This document shows, in pieces, positions 28,360 through 38,500 of a stretch of DNA of 64,000 bases. Origin of the DNA: Alphaproteobacteria bacterium (GTDB lineage: Bacteria > Pseudomonadota > Alphaproteobacteria > CALKHQ01). The DNA lies in the NCBI GenBank assembly GCA_965227515.1, contig CBDDFZ010000001.1:1696001-1760000 (forward strand). Direction: 5' to 3'. A program made the translations under genes and the position numbers. Below the pieces are notes generated by a model. The model was given only the letters and a program-made list of their open reading frames with translations, had not been told where the DNA came from and ran no database searches. Positions within the stretch are counted from its first letter, which is position 1, and every line of letters starts with the position of its first letter.

Positions 28360-28983
28360 CTAATCCTCTTGGGGCAGGAAGAACGCCTCGTCCGCCATTT
28401 CCGGCCGGGCGACGATGCTGTCCACCCGCCAGCGTCCGGCGGGCGATTCCCGGAGCAGGAAGGCAACCGGGCCCTCGTTGGTGTCGACCGCATGGACAAC
28501 AACCTGCCTGGCGCCGTCGCCCTGGGTGATCTCGTCGACCGACTGCACCTCAACCGGACCTGCAAAATCGATGGCGTGAATGCCGAGCTGATCGGCCGAC
28601 CACAGGATGACCTGAAAACTGTGGAACACGTCGATGCCAAGGAACGGCCTTTCATAGTCCATCGGGTGCTCATAGGGGCCGAACTGAGCGTCGAAGGCTT
28701 GCCTCTTCAGGTCCTGGTCGGCATCCGGGTCGAGGTAGTCGTCGAACTGGAACCGCTGAACGTGCATCATGAACCGCATCCTGGCCGTCGGGTCGAGCGC
28801 GAAGTAGGCAGCGATGAAATCGTCCTCGGCGAAGACTTCCGAGTAGGTCTGGACCGCCGCTTCGGGGGTCGAGAGGTCCAATACCTGCTCGACCCGCGAC
28901 ATGGGAGGGCTCGCCATGGCGGCTGCCGCATATCCCGTGGCGGTCGCAGCGGCGATGGCAAGACTGAACGTTCGCAGGATCAT
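28360..28983 (-). CDS. Secreted hypothetical protein (NTF2-like)
   Basis: GGAG RBS, signal peptide, STPEAAVQTY helix, terminal GRWRVDSI strand. Confidence 0.65.
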   Translation of the reverse strand: MILRTFSLAIAAATATGYAAAAMASPPMSRVEQVLDLSTPEAAVQTYSEVFAEDDFIAAYFALDPTARMRFMMHVQRFQFDDYLDPDADQDLKRQAFDAQFGPYEHPMDYERPFLGIDVFHSFQVILWSADQLGIHAIDFAGPVEVQSVDEITQGDGARQVVVHAVDTNEGPVAFLLRESPAGRWRVDSIVARPEMADEAFFLPQED

Positions 28984-29005
28984 AGCGATCTCCGTTGATC
29001 GGGGT

Positions 29006-29749
29006 TCAGGGCAGCGCCGACAGCGCGCGGTCGAGCCAGGCGAGGAAGCCCGTGGGCTTGGCGCCGCCATCCTCGGGCACTGGCGCGGGATCGCTGGCAT
29101 CGCGCGACACCTTCGGGCGCGGCGGCAGGTATTTGTTTGTTGGCCGGCAGCCCATTTCCGGCATCAGGTCATAGCCTTGGCGCTCGCGCACCAGTGACGA
29201 AACCGCCGAGTCCGGGTCGGCAAGGTCGCCGAAGTGCCGCGCGCCGGTCGGGCAGGCATTGACGCAGGCGGGCTGGCGCTGCGCCTCCGGGATCGTCTCG
29301 TTCTCGATGCGGTCGACGCAGAGCGTACATTTCTTCATCACCCCGCCCAGCGTGTCCATCTCGCGCGCGCCATAGGGGCAGGCCCAGGCACACAGCCCGC
29401 AACCGATGCACAAATCCTCCTCCACCAGCACGATGCCGTCGTCGGCGCGCCTGTAAGAGGCGCCGGTCGGGCACACGGTCACGCACGGCGCGTTGTCGCA
29501 ATGCAGGCAGGAGCGCGGGAAATAGACCGTGCGGGCATGCGGGCCCTCGCCAACCTCGAACCCGTGCACCCGGTTCAGCCAGGCGCCGGCGACATCCTTG
29601 CCGTAGGCGTTCTCGTCGGACAGCGGCGCGACATGGCCGCCGGTGTTCCACTCCTTGCAACTGGTCACACAGGCCTGGCAGCCGACGCAGGTGTCGAGGT
29701 CGATGACCAGGCCCAGCTTGCGCGGTGGGGAGGGCGGCAGCGAGGTCAC
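29006..29749 (-). CDS. soeB: Sulfite dehydrogenase 4Fe-4S subunit
   Basis: DLDTCVGCQACVTSCKEWN, SCLHC...CVTVCPTG, CIGCGLCAWACPYG, KKCTLCVDR. Confidence 0.92.
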   Translation of the reverse strand: MTSLPPSPPRKLGLVIDLDTCVGCQACVTSCKEWNTGGHVAPLSDENAYGKDVAGAWLNRVHGFEVGEGPHARTVYFPRSCLHCDNAPCVTVCPTGASYRRADDGIVLVEEDLCIGCGLCAWACPYGAREMDTLGGVMKKCTLCVDRIENETIPEAQRQPACVNACPTGARHFGDLADPDSAVSSLVRERQGYDLMPEMGCRPTNKYLPPRPKVSRDASDPAPVPEDGGAKPTGFLAWLDRALSALP

Positions 29750-32649
29750 TTGCCGCCTCCCAGGACTGGGACATCCAGGTAACGCGCGGTCTGGGCGTGG
29801 CGGCTGAAGTCGGCGCCATAGCGCACGTCCTCAGGCGACGGCGGCAGGCCGGGCGGCAGCGGCAGGGCGTCGAAGCGCGGCTCGGTCGCCTCGGCACCCT
29901 CCGCCTTCTCGATCGAGACCCGCAGGTCGAACCATGCCGCCTGGCCGGTGATCGGGTCGGCGACCGGGCGCCGGTGGCCGTAGCCGTCGGCCGGGAGCCG
30001 CTCGTCGATCAGGTGGTTGAGCAGGAAGCCCTTCGTTGCCTCCGGCGCGTCCGGCTTCAGGTTCCAGGCCCCGGCTCGCTTGCCGATGGCGTTCCAGGTC
30101 CACACCGTCTGCTCGTTGACGCCGGCCATCCGCCTGACCTCAACCTTTATGCGGCCGTTGCGGCTGGAAAGCCACGCCCAGTCGCCGTCCTGCAGGTCGT
30201 GCCGGTCGGCCAGTGCGTGGGAGATGTAGAGCACGTTGCGCGCCATGATCTGGCGCAGCCACGCGTTCTGCGATCCCCAGGAGTGGTACATCGCCATCGG
30301 CCGCTGGGTGATGGCGTGGAGCGGATAGGCGGCCTCGTCGGTGGCCTGGTCCTCGTGCGGCGGGTGCCAGAACGGCAGCGGATCGAAATGGCGGGCGATC
30401 CAGTCGCGCTGGTCATCCGGTGGCTGCACCGGGCCGTGGCCCTCGGCGGCGCGGCGGAAGCGCTGCAGCGGCTCGGCATAGAGCTGCAGGATCACCGGAT
30501 CGGGCGTGGCGACGAAGCCCATGCGCTCTGCATATTTCAGGTAGGCGGCGTTGCCGTGCTTGTAGAAGCGCTGGTCGTCGGCCAGCCGGTCGTGCCAGAA
30601 GCAGCCGTTCTCGATGTAGCGGTCGAGCTGGTCCGGATTGGGCGCGCCCTCGCCGTGCTGGGTGCCGCCTTCGCCGCGCCATCCGGCCAGGCTGCCGATG
30701 CCGGGCCGGCGCTCGTGATTGACCAGATAGTCCGGGTAGCCGCCCGGATAGCGCGGGCCGCCGTCCGGCTCGGTCATGCCGGGCAGGCCTAGCCGCGCGC
30801 CCAGGTCCAGCAGCACGGACTGGAACGGCCGCACGTCGCGGTCGGGCTCGACGACCGGCTGCCGGATCGCGTCGGCGGGGCCGTCGGCCTCCGAAATCGG
30901 CCGGTCGAGCAGCGAGACGCAGTCCCATCGCTCCAGATAGGTGGTGTCCGGCAGCACGATGTCGGCGTAGGCCACCGTCTCCGAATAGTAGGCGTCGGAA
31001 TAGACGATGTGCGGGATCTTGTAGTCGCCGGTGGCCTCGTCCTTCGCCGCCAGCCGCTGCATGGTCTCGGCCGTGTTCATGGCCGAGTTCCAGGCCATGT
31101 TGGCCATGTACATGAACAGGGTGTCGATGGGGTAGGGGTCGCCGTCCACCGCGTTGCGGATCACCAGGTGCATCATGCCGTGGGCGGCAATCGGCGCCTC
31201 CCACGAATAGGCGCCGTCGATGCGCATCGGCCGGCCGTCGGCGTCGAGCAGCAGGTCCTCCGGCGCTTGGGGGAAGCCCAGCGGCGGACCCGGCAATGGC
31301 TGGCCGGCGCGGACCTGGTCGGGCTTGCCGGCGGGCAGCGGGCCGGGCGGGGCCGGGCGCGGGAACGGCGCCTTGTAGCGGAAGCCGCCGGGCGCATCGA
31401 TGCTGCCGAGCAGGACCTGCAACAAATGCAGCGCGCGGCAGGTGTGGAAACCGTTTGAGTGGGCGGAGATGCCGCGCATGGCGTGCATGGAGACCGGGCG
31501 GCCGACCATGCGCGAGTGGTGCTCGCCGGTCCAGTCGGTCCACGGCTGGTCGATGGCGATCTCATGGTCGAAGGCGGCCGCGATCAGCTCGTCGCCGATG
31601 CGCCGGATGGTGGCTGCCGGCACGCCGCACTGGTCCGCCACCGCCTCCGGCGCATAGGCCGGGTCGAGATAGCGCTCGGCCAGCAGCTCCAGCACGGGCC
31701 GGGCCTGGCGGCCGTCCTCCAGCGTCACCGCGCCATGCAGGGCGGCCGCCATCGGCGCCTCGCGATGGGGCAGGGCGCGCTGGCGCAGGCGATGCCAGAC
31801 CTGCGGCTGGCCCTCGCCGTCGCGCGCGAACAGGCCATGGTCGGCGGCCTCGGGGTCCTCCACTACCAGCCAGCCGGCATTGGTGAACCTGAGCAGGTAG
31901 TCCAGGTCGATGCGGTGCTTCGACAGCACGTGATGGATCAGCGCCATCACGAACAGGCCGTCGCGGCCGGGCCGGATGCCGATCCATTCGTCGGCGATGG
32001 CGGAATAGCCGGTGCGCACCGGGTTGACCGAGACCACCTTGGCACCGCGCGCCTTCAGCTTGCCGAGCCCCATTTTGATCGGGTTGGAGTCGTGGTCCTC
32101 GGCAACCCCGAACATCAGCAGGTACTGGGTGCGCTCCCAGTCCGGCTCGCCGAACTCCCAGAACGAGCCGCCGATGGTGTAGATGCCAGCGGCCGCCATG
32201 TTGACCGAGCAGAACCCGCCATGGGCGGCGTAGTTCGGGGTGCCGAACTGGCTCGCCCACCAGCCGGTCAGCGCCTGGCTCTGGTCACGCCCGGTGAAGA
32301 ACGCGAGCTTCTTCGGGTCGTCATCGCGTATCGCGCCCAGCCAGCCGGCGACGGTGTCCAGCGCCTCGTCCCACTCGATTTCCTGGAACTCGCCCTTGCC
32401 GCGCTCGCCGACCCGCTTCAGCGGCTTGGTCAGCCGCGCCGGCGAGTTGTGCTGCATGATGCCGGCCGAGCCCTTGGCGCACAGTACGCCCCGGTTCACC
32501 GGGTGGTCGGGGTTGCCCTCAATGTAGCGGACGCGCCCGTCCTTCAGGTGCACTTTGATGCCGCAGCGGCAGGCGCACATATAGCAGGTGCTGGTCTTGA
32601 CCTCGTCACCGATCGGCTGGTTGACCGGGATGGGGCGCCTACTCGTCAT
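29746..32649 (-). CDS. soeA: Cytoplasmic sulfite dehydrogenase, molybdopterin subunit
   Basis: TCYMCACRCG, FFTGRDQSQ, AHGGFCSVNMA, HAMRGISAHSNGF, MYHSWGSQNAWLRQI; no Tat signal. Confidence 0.92.
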   Translation of the reverse strand: MTSRRPIPVNQPIGDEVKTSTCYMCACRCGIKVHLKDGRVRYIEGNPDHPVNRGVLCAKGSAGIMQHNSPARLTKPLKRVGERGKGEFQEIEWDEALDTVAGWLGAIRDDDPKKLAFFTGRDQSQALTGWWASQFGTPNYAAHGGFCSVNMAAAGIYTIGGSFWEFGEPDWERTQYLLMFGVAEDHDSNPIKMGLGKLKARGAKVVSVNPVRTGYSAIADEWIGIRPGRDGLFVMALIHHVLSKHRIDLDYLLRFTNAGWLVVEDPEAADHGLFARDGEGQPQVWHRLRQRALPHREAPMAAALHGAVTLEDGRQARPVLELLAERYLDPAYAPEAVADQCGVPAATIRRIGDELIAAAFDHEIAIDQPWTDWTGEHHSRMVGRPVSMHAMRGISAHSNGFHTCRALHLLQVLLGSIDAPGGFRYKAPFPRPAPPGPLPAGKPDQVRAGQPLPGPPLGFPQAPEDLLLDADGRPMRIDGAYSWEAPIAAHGMMHLVIRNAVDGDPYPIDTLFMYMANMAWNSAMNTAETMQRLAAKDEATGDYKIPHIVYSDAYYSETVAYADIVLPDTTYLERWDCVSLLDRPISEADGPADAIRQPVVEPDRDVRPFQSVLLDLGARLGLPGMTEPDGGPRYPGGYPDYLVNHERRPGIGSLAGWRGEGGTQHGEGAPNPDQLDRYIENGCFWHDRLADDQRFYKHGNAAYLKYAERMGFVATPDPVILQLYAEPLQRFRRAAEGHGPVQPPDDQRDWIARHFDPLPFWHPPHEDQATDEAAYPLHAITQRPMAMYHSWGSQNAWLRQIMARNVLYISHALADRHDLQDGDWAWLSSRNGRIKVEVRRMAGVNEQTVWTWNAIGKRAGAWNLKPDAPEATKGFLLNHLIDERLPADGYGHRRPVADPITGQAAWFDLRVSIEKAEGAEATEPRFDALPLPPGLPPSPEDVRYGADFSRHAQTARYLDVPVLGGGK

Positions 32650-32658
32650 CGGGAGAGG

Positions 32659-32985
32659 TCACGCGCGACCGGTCTTCTCGCCGTTGGCGAACAGGCGGTT
32701 GCCCTGTTCGTCGATGATCTGCTTGCCCTTCGAGATGGCGAAGCTCTCCGCCTCGTCCTTGGACGAGAAGGTGTCTGCGCGCTGGTACTCGCGTTCCAGG
32801 TTTCCGTCATCGCCGCCGGTCTTGACGATGACCCCGGCAAGCCGCCACTGGCTGCCTGCCTTGATCGGGGCGGGGTAGATCGTCAGCCCGGCGTGCTCCA
32901 CCGGATCGCCGCGCCCGGCCGGGCCGCCGTCACCGGATTTCTCGCCACCGCCGCCGCCGAACAGTTTGGATAGGATGCCTGCCAT
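32659..32985 (-). CDS. HlyU-family small protein (alphaproteobacterial type)
   Basis: LSKLFGGG, TIYPAP...QWRLAGVI, RADTF, KGKQIIDEQG. Confidence 0.8.
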   Translation of the reverse strand: MAGILSKLFGGGGGEKSGDGGPAGRGDPVEHAGLTIYPAPIKAGSQWRLAGVIVKTGGDDGNLEREYQRADTFSSKDEAESFAISKGKQIIDEQGNRLFANGEKTGRA

Positions 32986-33155
32986 GCACGCAGTCTAGCC
33001 CGTGCGGCCGGCGCGCGCCAAGACCTGCTTGGAACCCTGGATCGCACCAACCATGATTTGGCCATTTCCGTGCGGCAAAGTGGTTGCTGGCGTGGGCAGT
33101 GTGGCCCATCGTTCTGCCCCATCGTCCGGCCCAAAATGACATAGGCGAGTTTCGC

Positions 33156-33662
33156 ATGGGTACTTTCATCAAGTTCGGTGTCTTCGCAGCCATCGCGTTC
33201 GGCGTGCCGATCGGGCTGGTCGTGTGGGCCATCTATGGCGACGGGCAGTTCGCGCTGTATGCCGGGCTCGGCGGCGGCATCGCGTTCGGCGTCATCATGG
33301 TGGTTGTCATGGCGGCGGTCAGCGCGCGCACCGCGAAGAACCGCCCCGCGCTCGACGACGGCGAGGTGCTGATCAAGGAGGACGCCGCCAACCATTTCGT
33401 CGGCATGGTTGCGGTCGGCGGCTGGCTGTTCCTGACCAACCGCCGGCTGCACTTCAAGTCGCACGCGGCCAACACCCGCAACCACGAGACATCCTATCCA
33501 CTGGCGGAGATTACGGGCCTGGCGGCGACGCGGACCATGGGCCTTGTCCCCAACAGCTTCGTGGCGACCATGGCCTCCGGCGCGGACGAGAAATTCGTGG
33601 TGCGGGGCCGCGCCAAGTGGGTCGCCGCCGTGGAAAACGCGCGGTCAGCCGCTGCCGGCTAG
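33156..33662 (+). CDS. Membrane protein with GRAM/PH-like domain
   Basis: Two TM helices, then ANHF...GGWLFLTNRRLHFKSH. Confidence 0.75.
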   Translation: MGTFIKFGVFAAIAFGVPIGLVVWAIYGDGQFALYAGLGGGIAFGVIMVVVMAAVSARTAKNRPALDDGEVLIKEDAANHFVGMVAVGGWLFLTNRRLHFKSHAANTRNHETSYPLAEITGLAATRTMGLVPNSFVATMASGADEKFVVRGRAKWVAAVENARSAAAG

Positions 33663-34034
33663 GACGCGCTCGGGCTGCGGCATGGGGTTGCGGCGGTCCT
33701 CCGTCGCCTGGGCGGCGAAATCGCGCAATTCCTCGATGGAGAAGTGCGGTTGGAACACGCGCTGGCCGTCGAACCGGAAATGCTCGCGCAGCCGATGCTC
33801 GTGGCTGGTCTTCAGGGCCAGGAACATGGTCTGCACCACCTCGCTGTTGGTGGCGTGGCGGCTGATGTACCACTTGCGGCCGGCCTGCTCGGCCGGGGCG
33901 CCGGTGTGGATGTCGGGCTCGTCGTAGCGGGCCTGGATGAAGTGGCCGTCGCCCATCGGCTCGACCCGCCAACGGTATTCGGGGTAGTCGACGCGCCGGG
34001 TCAGATCGACCAGGTGCTCAAGTCTGTGGTCCAT
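33645..34034 (-). CDS. Hypothetical protein (resembles a phage-type conserved small protein)
   Basis: Host-like codon usage, AGAAGG RBS, GRKWYISRHATNSEVVQT...EHRLREHF...VFQPH. Confidence 0.65.
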   Translation of the reverse strand: MDHRLEHLVDLTRRVDYPEYRWRVEPMGDGHFIQARYDEPDIHTGAPAEQAGRKWYISRHATNSEVVQTMFLALKTSHEHRLREHFRFDGQRVFQPHFSIEELRDFAAQATEDRRNPMPQPERVLAGSG

Positions 34035-34124
34035 ATGCGTGTGCCTTCTGCGTTGCCGCTCTTCACACATAGGCACACACGGTCGTGGCAACAATTGGGT
34101 CGGGTTTCGGTGAGACGTCCAACC

Positions 34125-35063
34125 TCACACCGGGATCAGCGTGATGCCGTCGTTGGTCGCATGGTACTCCGGCAGGATGAACACCATCACGTCGCTGCTG
34201 TTGTAGACGTATGTGTAGGACTCGGTGCCGTTGCCGCCGGTGATGAAATAGCTGCCCTGGATGGAGTCGCCATCCAGGAACGCGTAGTTTTCGATGATAT
34301 CGGGCACGCCGTCGGTGCCGGCGATGAAATAGTCAGCGCCTGCGCCGCCCACCAGCATGTCGGTGCCGTTGCCGCCGTCATAGGTGTCGTCGCCGTCGCC
34401 GCCGTGCAGGTAGTCGGTGCCGTCGCCGCCGAACATCATGTCATTGCCGCCGCCGCCCCACAGGCGATCGTCGCCGGCGTCGCCGTACAGAATGTCGTTA
34501 CCCACCGCGTCGTAGCCGTCGCCGAACAGGCGGTCGTTGGCCTCGCCGCCGTGGATCGTGTCGTGGCCGTACATGCCGTAGATCCAGTCCTCGCCGCCGC
34601 CGCCGTCGATGGTGTCGTTCCAATAGCCGCGGGTGTAGGCCAGTTCATGGTGGTCGCCGTTGATCCAGTCGTGGTCGTCGCCGCCGAATATCCGGTCGGC
34701 GCCGGCGCCGCCATAGAGCTTGTCCTCGCCATCGCCGCCGTCGATCAGGTCGTTCCCGGCGCCACCGAACACCGTGTCGTCGCCGTTTCCGCCATAGAGC
34801 GAGTCGTTGCCGGCCATGCCGTCGATGGTGTCGTGCCCGTCCTCGCCATGGAGCGTGTCGTCGTCCTGCAGGAACGGGTTGGGCGTGCCGTTGCCGATGA
34901 TGATGTCGTTGAACGGCCCGCCATGGATTTCATCGTCCCCGGCGCCGCCGATGAACGTGCCGCCGATCTGGTCGTATTGCGGCTCGGGCGGCGCCTCGCG
35001 CGTATCGGGCGTCCACCGGAGATCGGTCTGGAGGGAACTGGGCGGGGTGCTGCTGCGGGCCAT
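34125..35063 (-). CDS. RTX/hemolysin-type calcium-binding repeat protein
   Basis: Many GGxGxDxLx nonapeptides, no signal peptide, non-repeat C-terminal tail. Confidence 0.88.
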   Translation of the reverse strand: MARSSTPPSSLQTDLRWTPDTREAPPEPQYDQIGGTFIGGAGDDEIHGGPFNDIIIGNGTPNPFLQDDDTLHGEDGHDTIDGMAGNDSLYGGNGDDTVFGGAGNDLIDGGDGEDKLYGGAGADRIFGGDDHDWINGDHHELAYTRGYWNDTIDGGGGEDWIYGMYGHDTIHGGEANDRLFGDGYDAVGNDILYGDAGDDRLWGGGGNDMMFGGDGTDYLHGGDGDDTYDGGNGTDMLVGGAGADYFIAGTDGVPDIIENYAFLDGDSIQGSYFITGGNGTESYTYVYNSSDVMVFILPEYHATNDGITLIPV

Positions 35064-35520
35064 GATATCGCTCCGGAGTCGTGCGTTGCCGGTAGGTCGC
35101 AGCCGGCGTGGGCCCGGTTCATTGCCTCTTGCGGGCGCGCACGCGTGCCTTCGATGTTGGACACATCGCGCTCTGGGACCATATTGTCGGATGCGATTAG
35201 CGGCGATTCCGCCGTTCGCGGGCGCTTGACCGTGAAAATCGGGCCCTCGGCCGTTAAGATTCAGGCTCGACCCGACGCTGGTCTGTTTGTATCAAATGGG
35301 GATGTGTCCGGCAGGTAGGCCGGATGGCATCATCAAGCCCGGTGGGGAAGAAAAGGGGAGTCATGCCGGCTCTGAAAAACCAGCCACCTCGTGGATTGAC
35401 CGGTGCGCCTCTTGTCAGCTTCGCTGCGCCGGCATGTGCGGCTCTTGGGTCCGCGCATGTGCCTGCATGCCATCGCCCATACCATCGCCACGTGGGTTTG
35501 CGAGGCGCCTGGATAGACGC

Positions 35521-38500
35521 ATGAACAAGCAGGTCACCACCAAGCGCGGCCGCCTGAACATCGCCGAAGGCAGCGCCCCCACACAGCCCGACGCGCAGGA
35601 GCTTTCGCACCTGTACCGCGCGATGCTGACGGCGCGCGAGATCGACCGGGTCGAGGATGTGGCGACCCGGCGCGGCGAGGCGTTCTTCCACGTCTCCGGC
35701 AAGGGGCACGAGGGCTCGGCGGCGCTGGCGCTGCACCTGACCAACGACGACTGGCTGCACTGCCACTATCGTGACAAGGCGCTGATGGTGGCACGCGGCA
35801 TCACCGCGCGCGCGTTCTTCGACGGCTTCTATTGCAAGGACGCCTCGCATTCGCGCGGGCGCCAGATGTCGGCCCATATGTGCGATGCCTCGCTGCGCGT
35901 TGCCAGCGTGTCCGGCCCGGTCGGCAATGGCGCGTTGCATGCTGTGGGCATGGCGCTGGCCGGCAAGGACATGGAGACCCGGCCCATCGTGCTGTTCTCC
36001 TGCGGCGACGGCACCACGCAGGAGGGCGAGTTCCTGGAGTCGTGCGCCGAGGCGGCGCGCGCGGAAGCCCCGGTGCTGTTCTTTGTCGAGGACAATGGCT
36101 GGGCGATCTCCACGCCGACCGCCGGCAAGACGTTCTATGCCCTGCATGCGCAGCGGCCGGACGCCTTCCACGGTATCCCGATCCACCGCATCGACGGGCG
36201 CGACGCGATCCAGGCGTGGCGCGAGCTCGGGCCCATCGTTGCGCGCATGCGGCGCACCCGCCAGCCCGCGATCGTCGTGTTCCAGGTCGCGCGCATCGCC
36301 AACCACACCAACGCCGACGACCAGTCGATCTACCGCGACGCGGCCGACATCAAGCTGGCCGAGGAAACCTGCGACCCGATCCCGATCCTGGAAGACCAGC
36401 TCCTGGACATGGGGTGGAGTGCCGCCGATCTGGCGGCGGCCAAGGACGAGATCGCGCGCCAGGTGGCGGAGGCCGATGAGGCGGCGGCCTTCGGGCCCGA
36501 CCCCGAGCCGATGCTGACGGCCGACGTGGCGCCGTCGGCTGCGGTCGCGGAGGCGTTGCAGCCCGGTCGTGCGCGCAAGCCCGCCGCGGCGCCGGCGCCC
36601 GCCGCGGTGCCGAACACGCCGCAGACCATGGGCGAGGCGATCCGTGCCGTGCTGCGCGGCCGGCTGGCCGACGACCCGCGCGTCTATCTGTGGGGCGAGG
36701 ACATCGAGGACCCGAAGGGCGACGTATTCGGCGTAACCAAGGGCCTCAGCACCCAGTTCCCGAAGCGCGTGGTCAACGCGCCGCTGACCGAGTCCACCAT
36801 CGTCGGCGTCGCCATCGGCCGGGCGATGGCCGGCGAGCGCCCGGTGGCGTTCCTGCAGTTCGCCGATTTCCTGCCACTTGCCTACAACCAGATCGTCAGC
36901 GAGCTGGGCAGCATGGCGTGGCGCACCGACGGCGCCTTGACCGCGCCTGTTATCATCATGGTGCCGTGCGGCGGCTATCGCCCCGGTCTGGGGCCGTTCC
37001 ACGCCAGTTCGTTCGAATCGCTGATGACCCACACGCCGGGCATCGACGTGGTGATGCCGTCGACAGCGGAGGATGCGGCCGGCCTGCTGAACGCCGCCTT
37101 CGAGTCAACCCGGCCGACGGTGTTCTTCTATCCCAAGAGCTGCCTCAACGACCCGCGCGGCGCGATGACCGGCGATGCCGGCCAGGTCAGGCTGACGCCC
37201 GGATCGGCGCGCAAGGTGCTGTCGGGCCGCGACCTGACAATGGTCGGCTGGGGCAACACCGTGCGGCTGTGCGAGCAGGCTGCCGAGGCGCTGGAGAAAG
37301 CCGGTGTCGAGGCCGAGGTGTTGGACCTGCGCAGCCTGGGGCCCTGGGACAAGCGGGCGGTGCTGTCGTCGGCGGAGACCAGCGGCCGGCTGCTGGTGGT
37401 GCACGAGGACAACCACACCAACGGCTTCGGCGCCGAGATTCTGGCGACGGTCGGCGAGCAGTGCCGCACCCATGTGGCCATGCGCCGGGTGACCCGGCCC
37501 GACACCTATGTGCCGTGCAATTTCGCCAACCAGATCGAGGTGTTGCCGTCGTTCAAGCGGGTGCTGGAAACGGCGGCCGACATGCTGGACATCGACGTCG
37601 AATGGACGCCGCCGCCGGCCGCCGAGGAAGGCATCGTGCTGGTCGAGGCCATCGGGTCCGGCCCGACCGACGAGACCGTCGACGTGGTCGAGCTGATGGT
37701 CGAGGTCGGCCAGACTGTCGAGCGCGGCGAGGAGATCGCGGCCCTTGAGGCGATCAAGAGCGTGTTCGAGCTGACCTCGCCCGCCTCCGGCGTGATTGAG
37801 GAGATCGTCGTCGGGATCGGCGAGACGGTGCCGGTCGGTGCGCCGCTGATGAAGATCCGCACCGACGACACCACCCAGCGCGCCAAGCCCTTGACCCACG
37901 AGGCGCCCGGCACGCCCACCCTGACCCGGCGCGCCAAGCCGGCGGCACCGGCTGTTGCCGGCAGGGGCGAGGGCGCCGCGGCCCAGCCGGCCGGCACGCT
38001 CAGGGTCGGGCTGTCGCAGGTCGCCACCGTCACCGGCAGCCGGGTGGTGCCGAACGAGGAACTGGTACAGGGCCGCACCGACGACACCTACCGCGATGCG
38101 GAGAAGCTGACCGGCATCCGCGCCCGCCATTGGGCGGCGGAGGGCGAGACGGTGCTGTCGCTCGGCGTGCGCGCGGTGCGTGCGGCGCTGGAGGCGAACG
38201 GGCTCACCGCCGACGACCTCGACCTCGTGATCTGCAGCACGACCACGCCAGATCAGGTGACGCCCTCCGTGGCCTATCGCATCCTGCGCGATGTTGCCGG
38301 CGAGCGCGGCAACCCGGCGGTGGCCGCCTATGACATCAATGCGGCATGCTCGGGCTATCTCTACGCGCTGCAGGCCGCGCACGACTTCCTGCAGAACCAG
38401 CCGCAAGGCCGTGTGCTGGTGGTGACGGCCGAGGTGCTGTCGCGGCTGCTGGACCGCGACGACCCGTCGACCGTGCTGGTGTTCGGCGACGCGGCGTCGG

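Noticed and set aside
35064-35520. TPP riboswitch or 78-aa extension upstream of the ThDP-dependent fusion
   Set aside because: No CTGAGA / CCTGA..GGNAAT core was found, and the Cys-rich extension from the TTG at 35287 has non-coding character.
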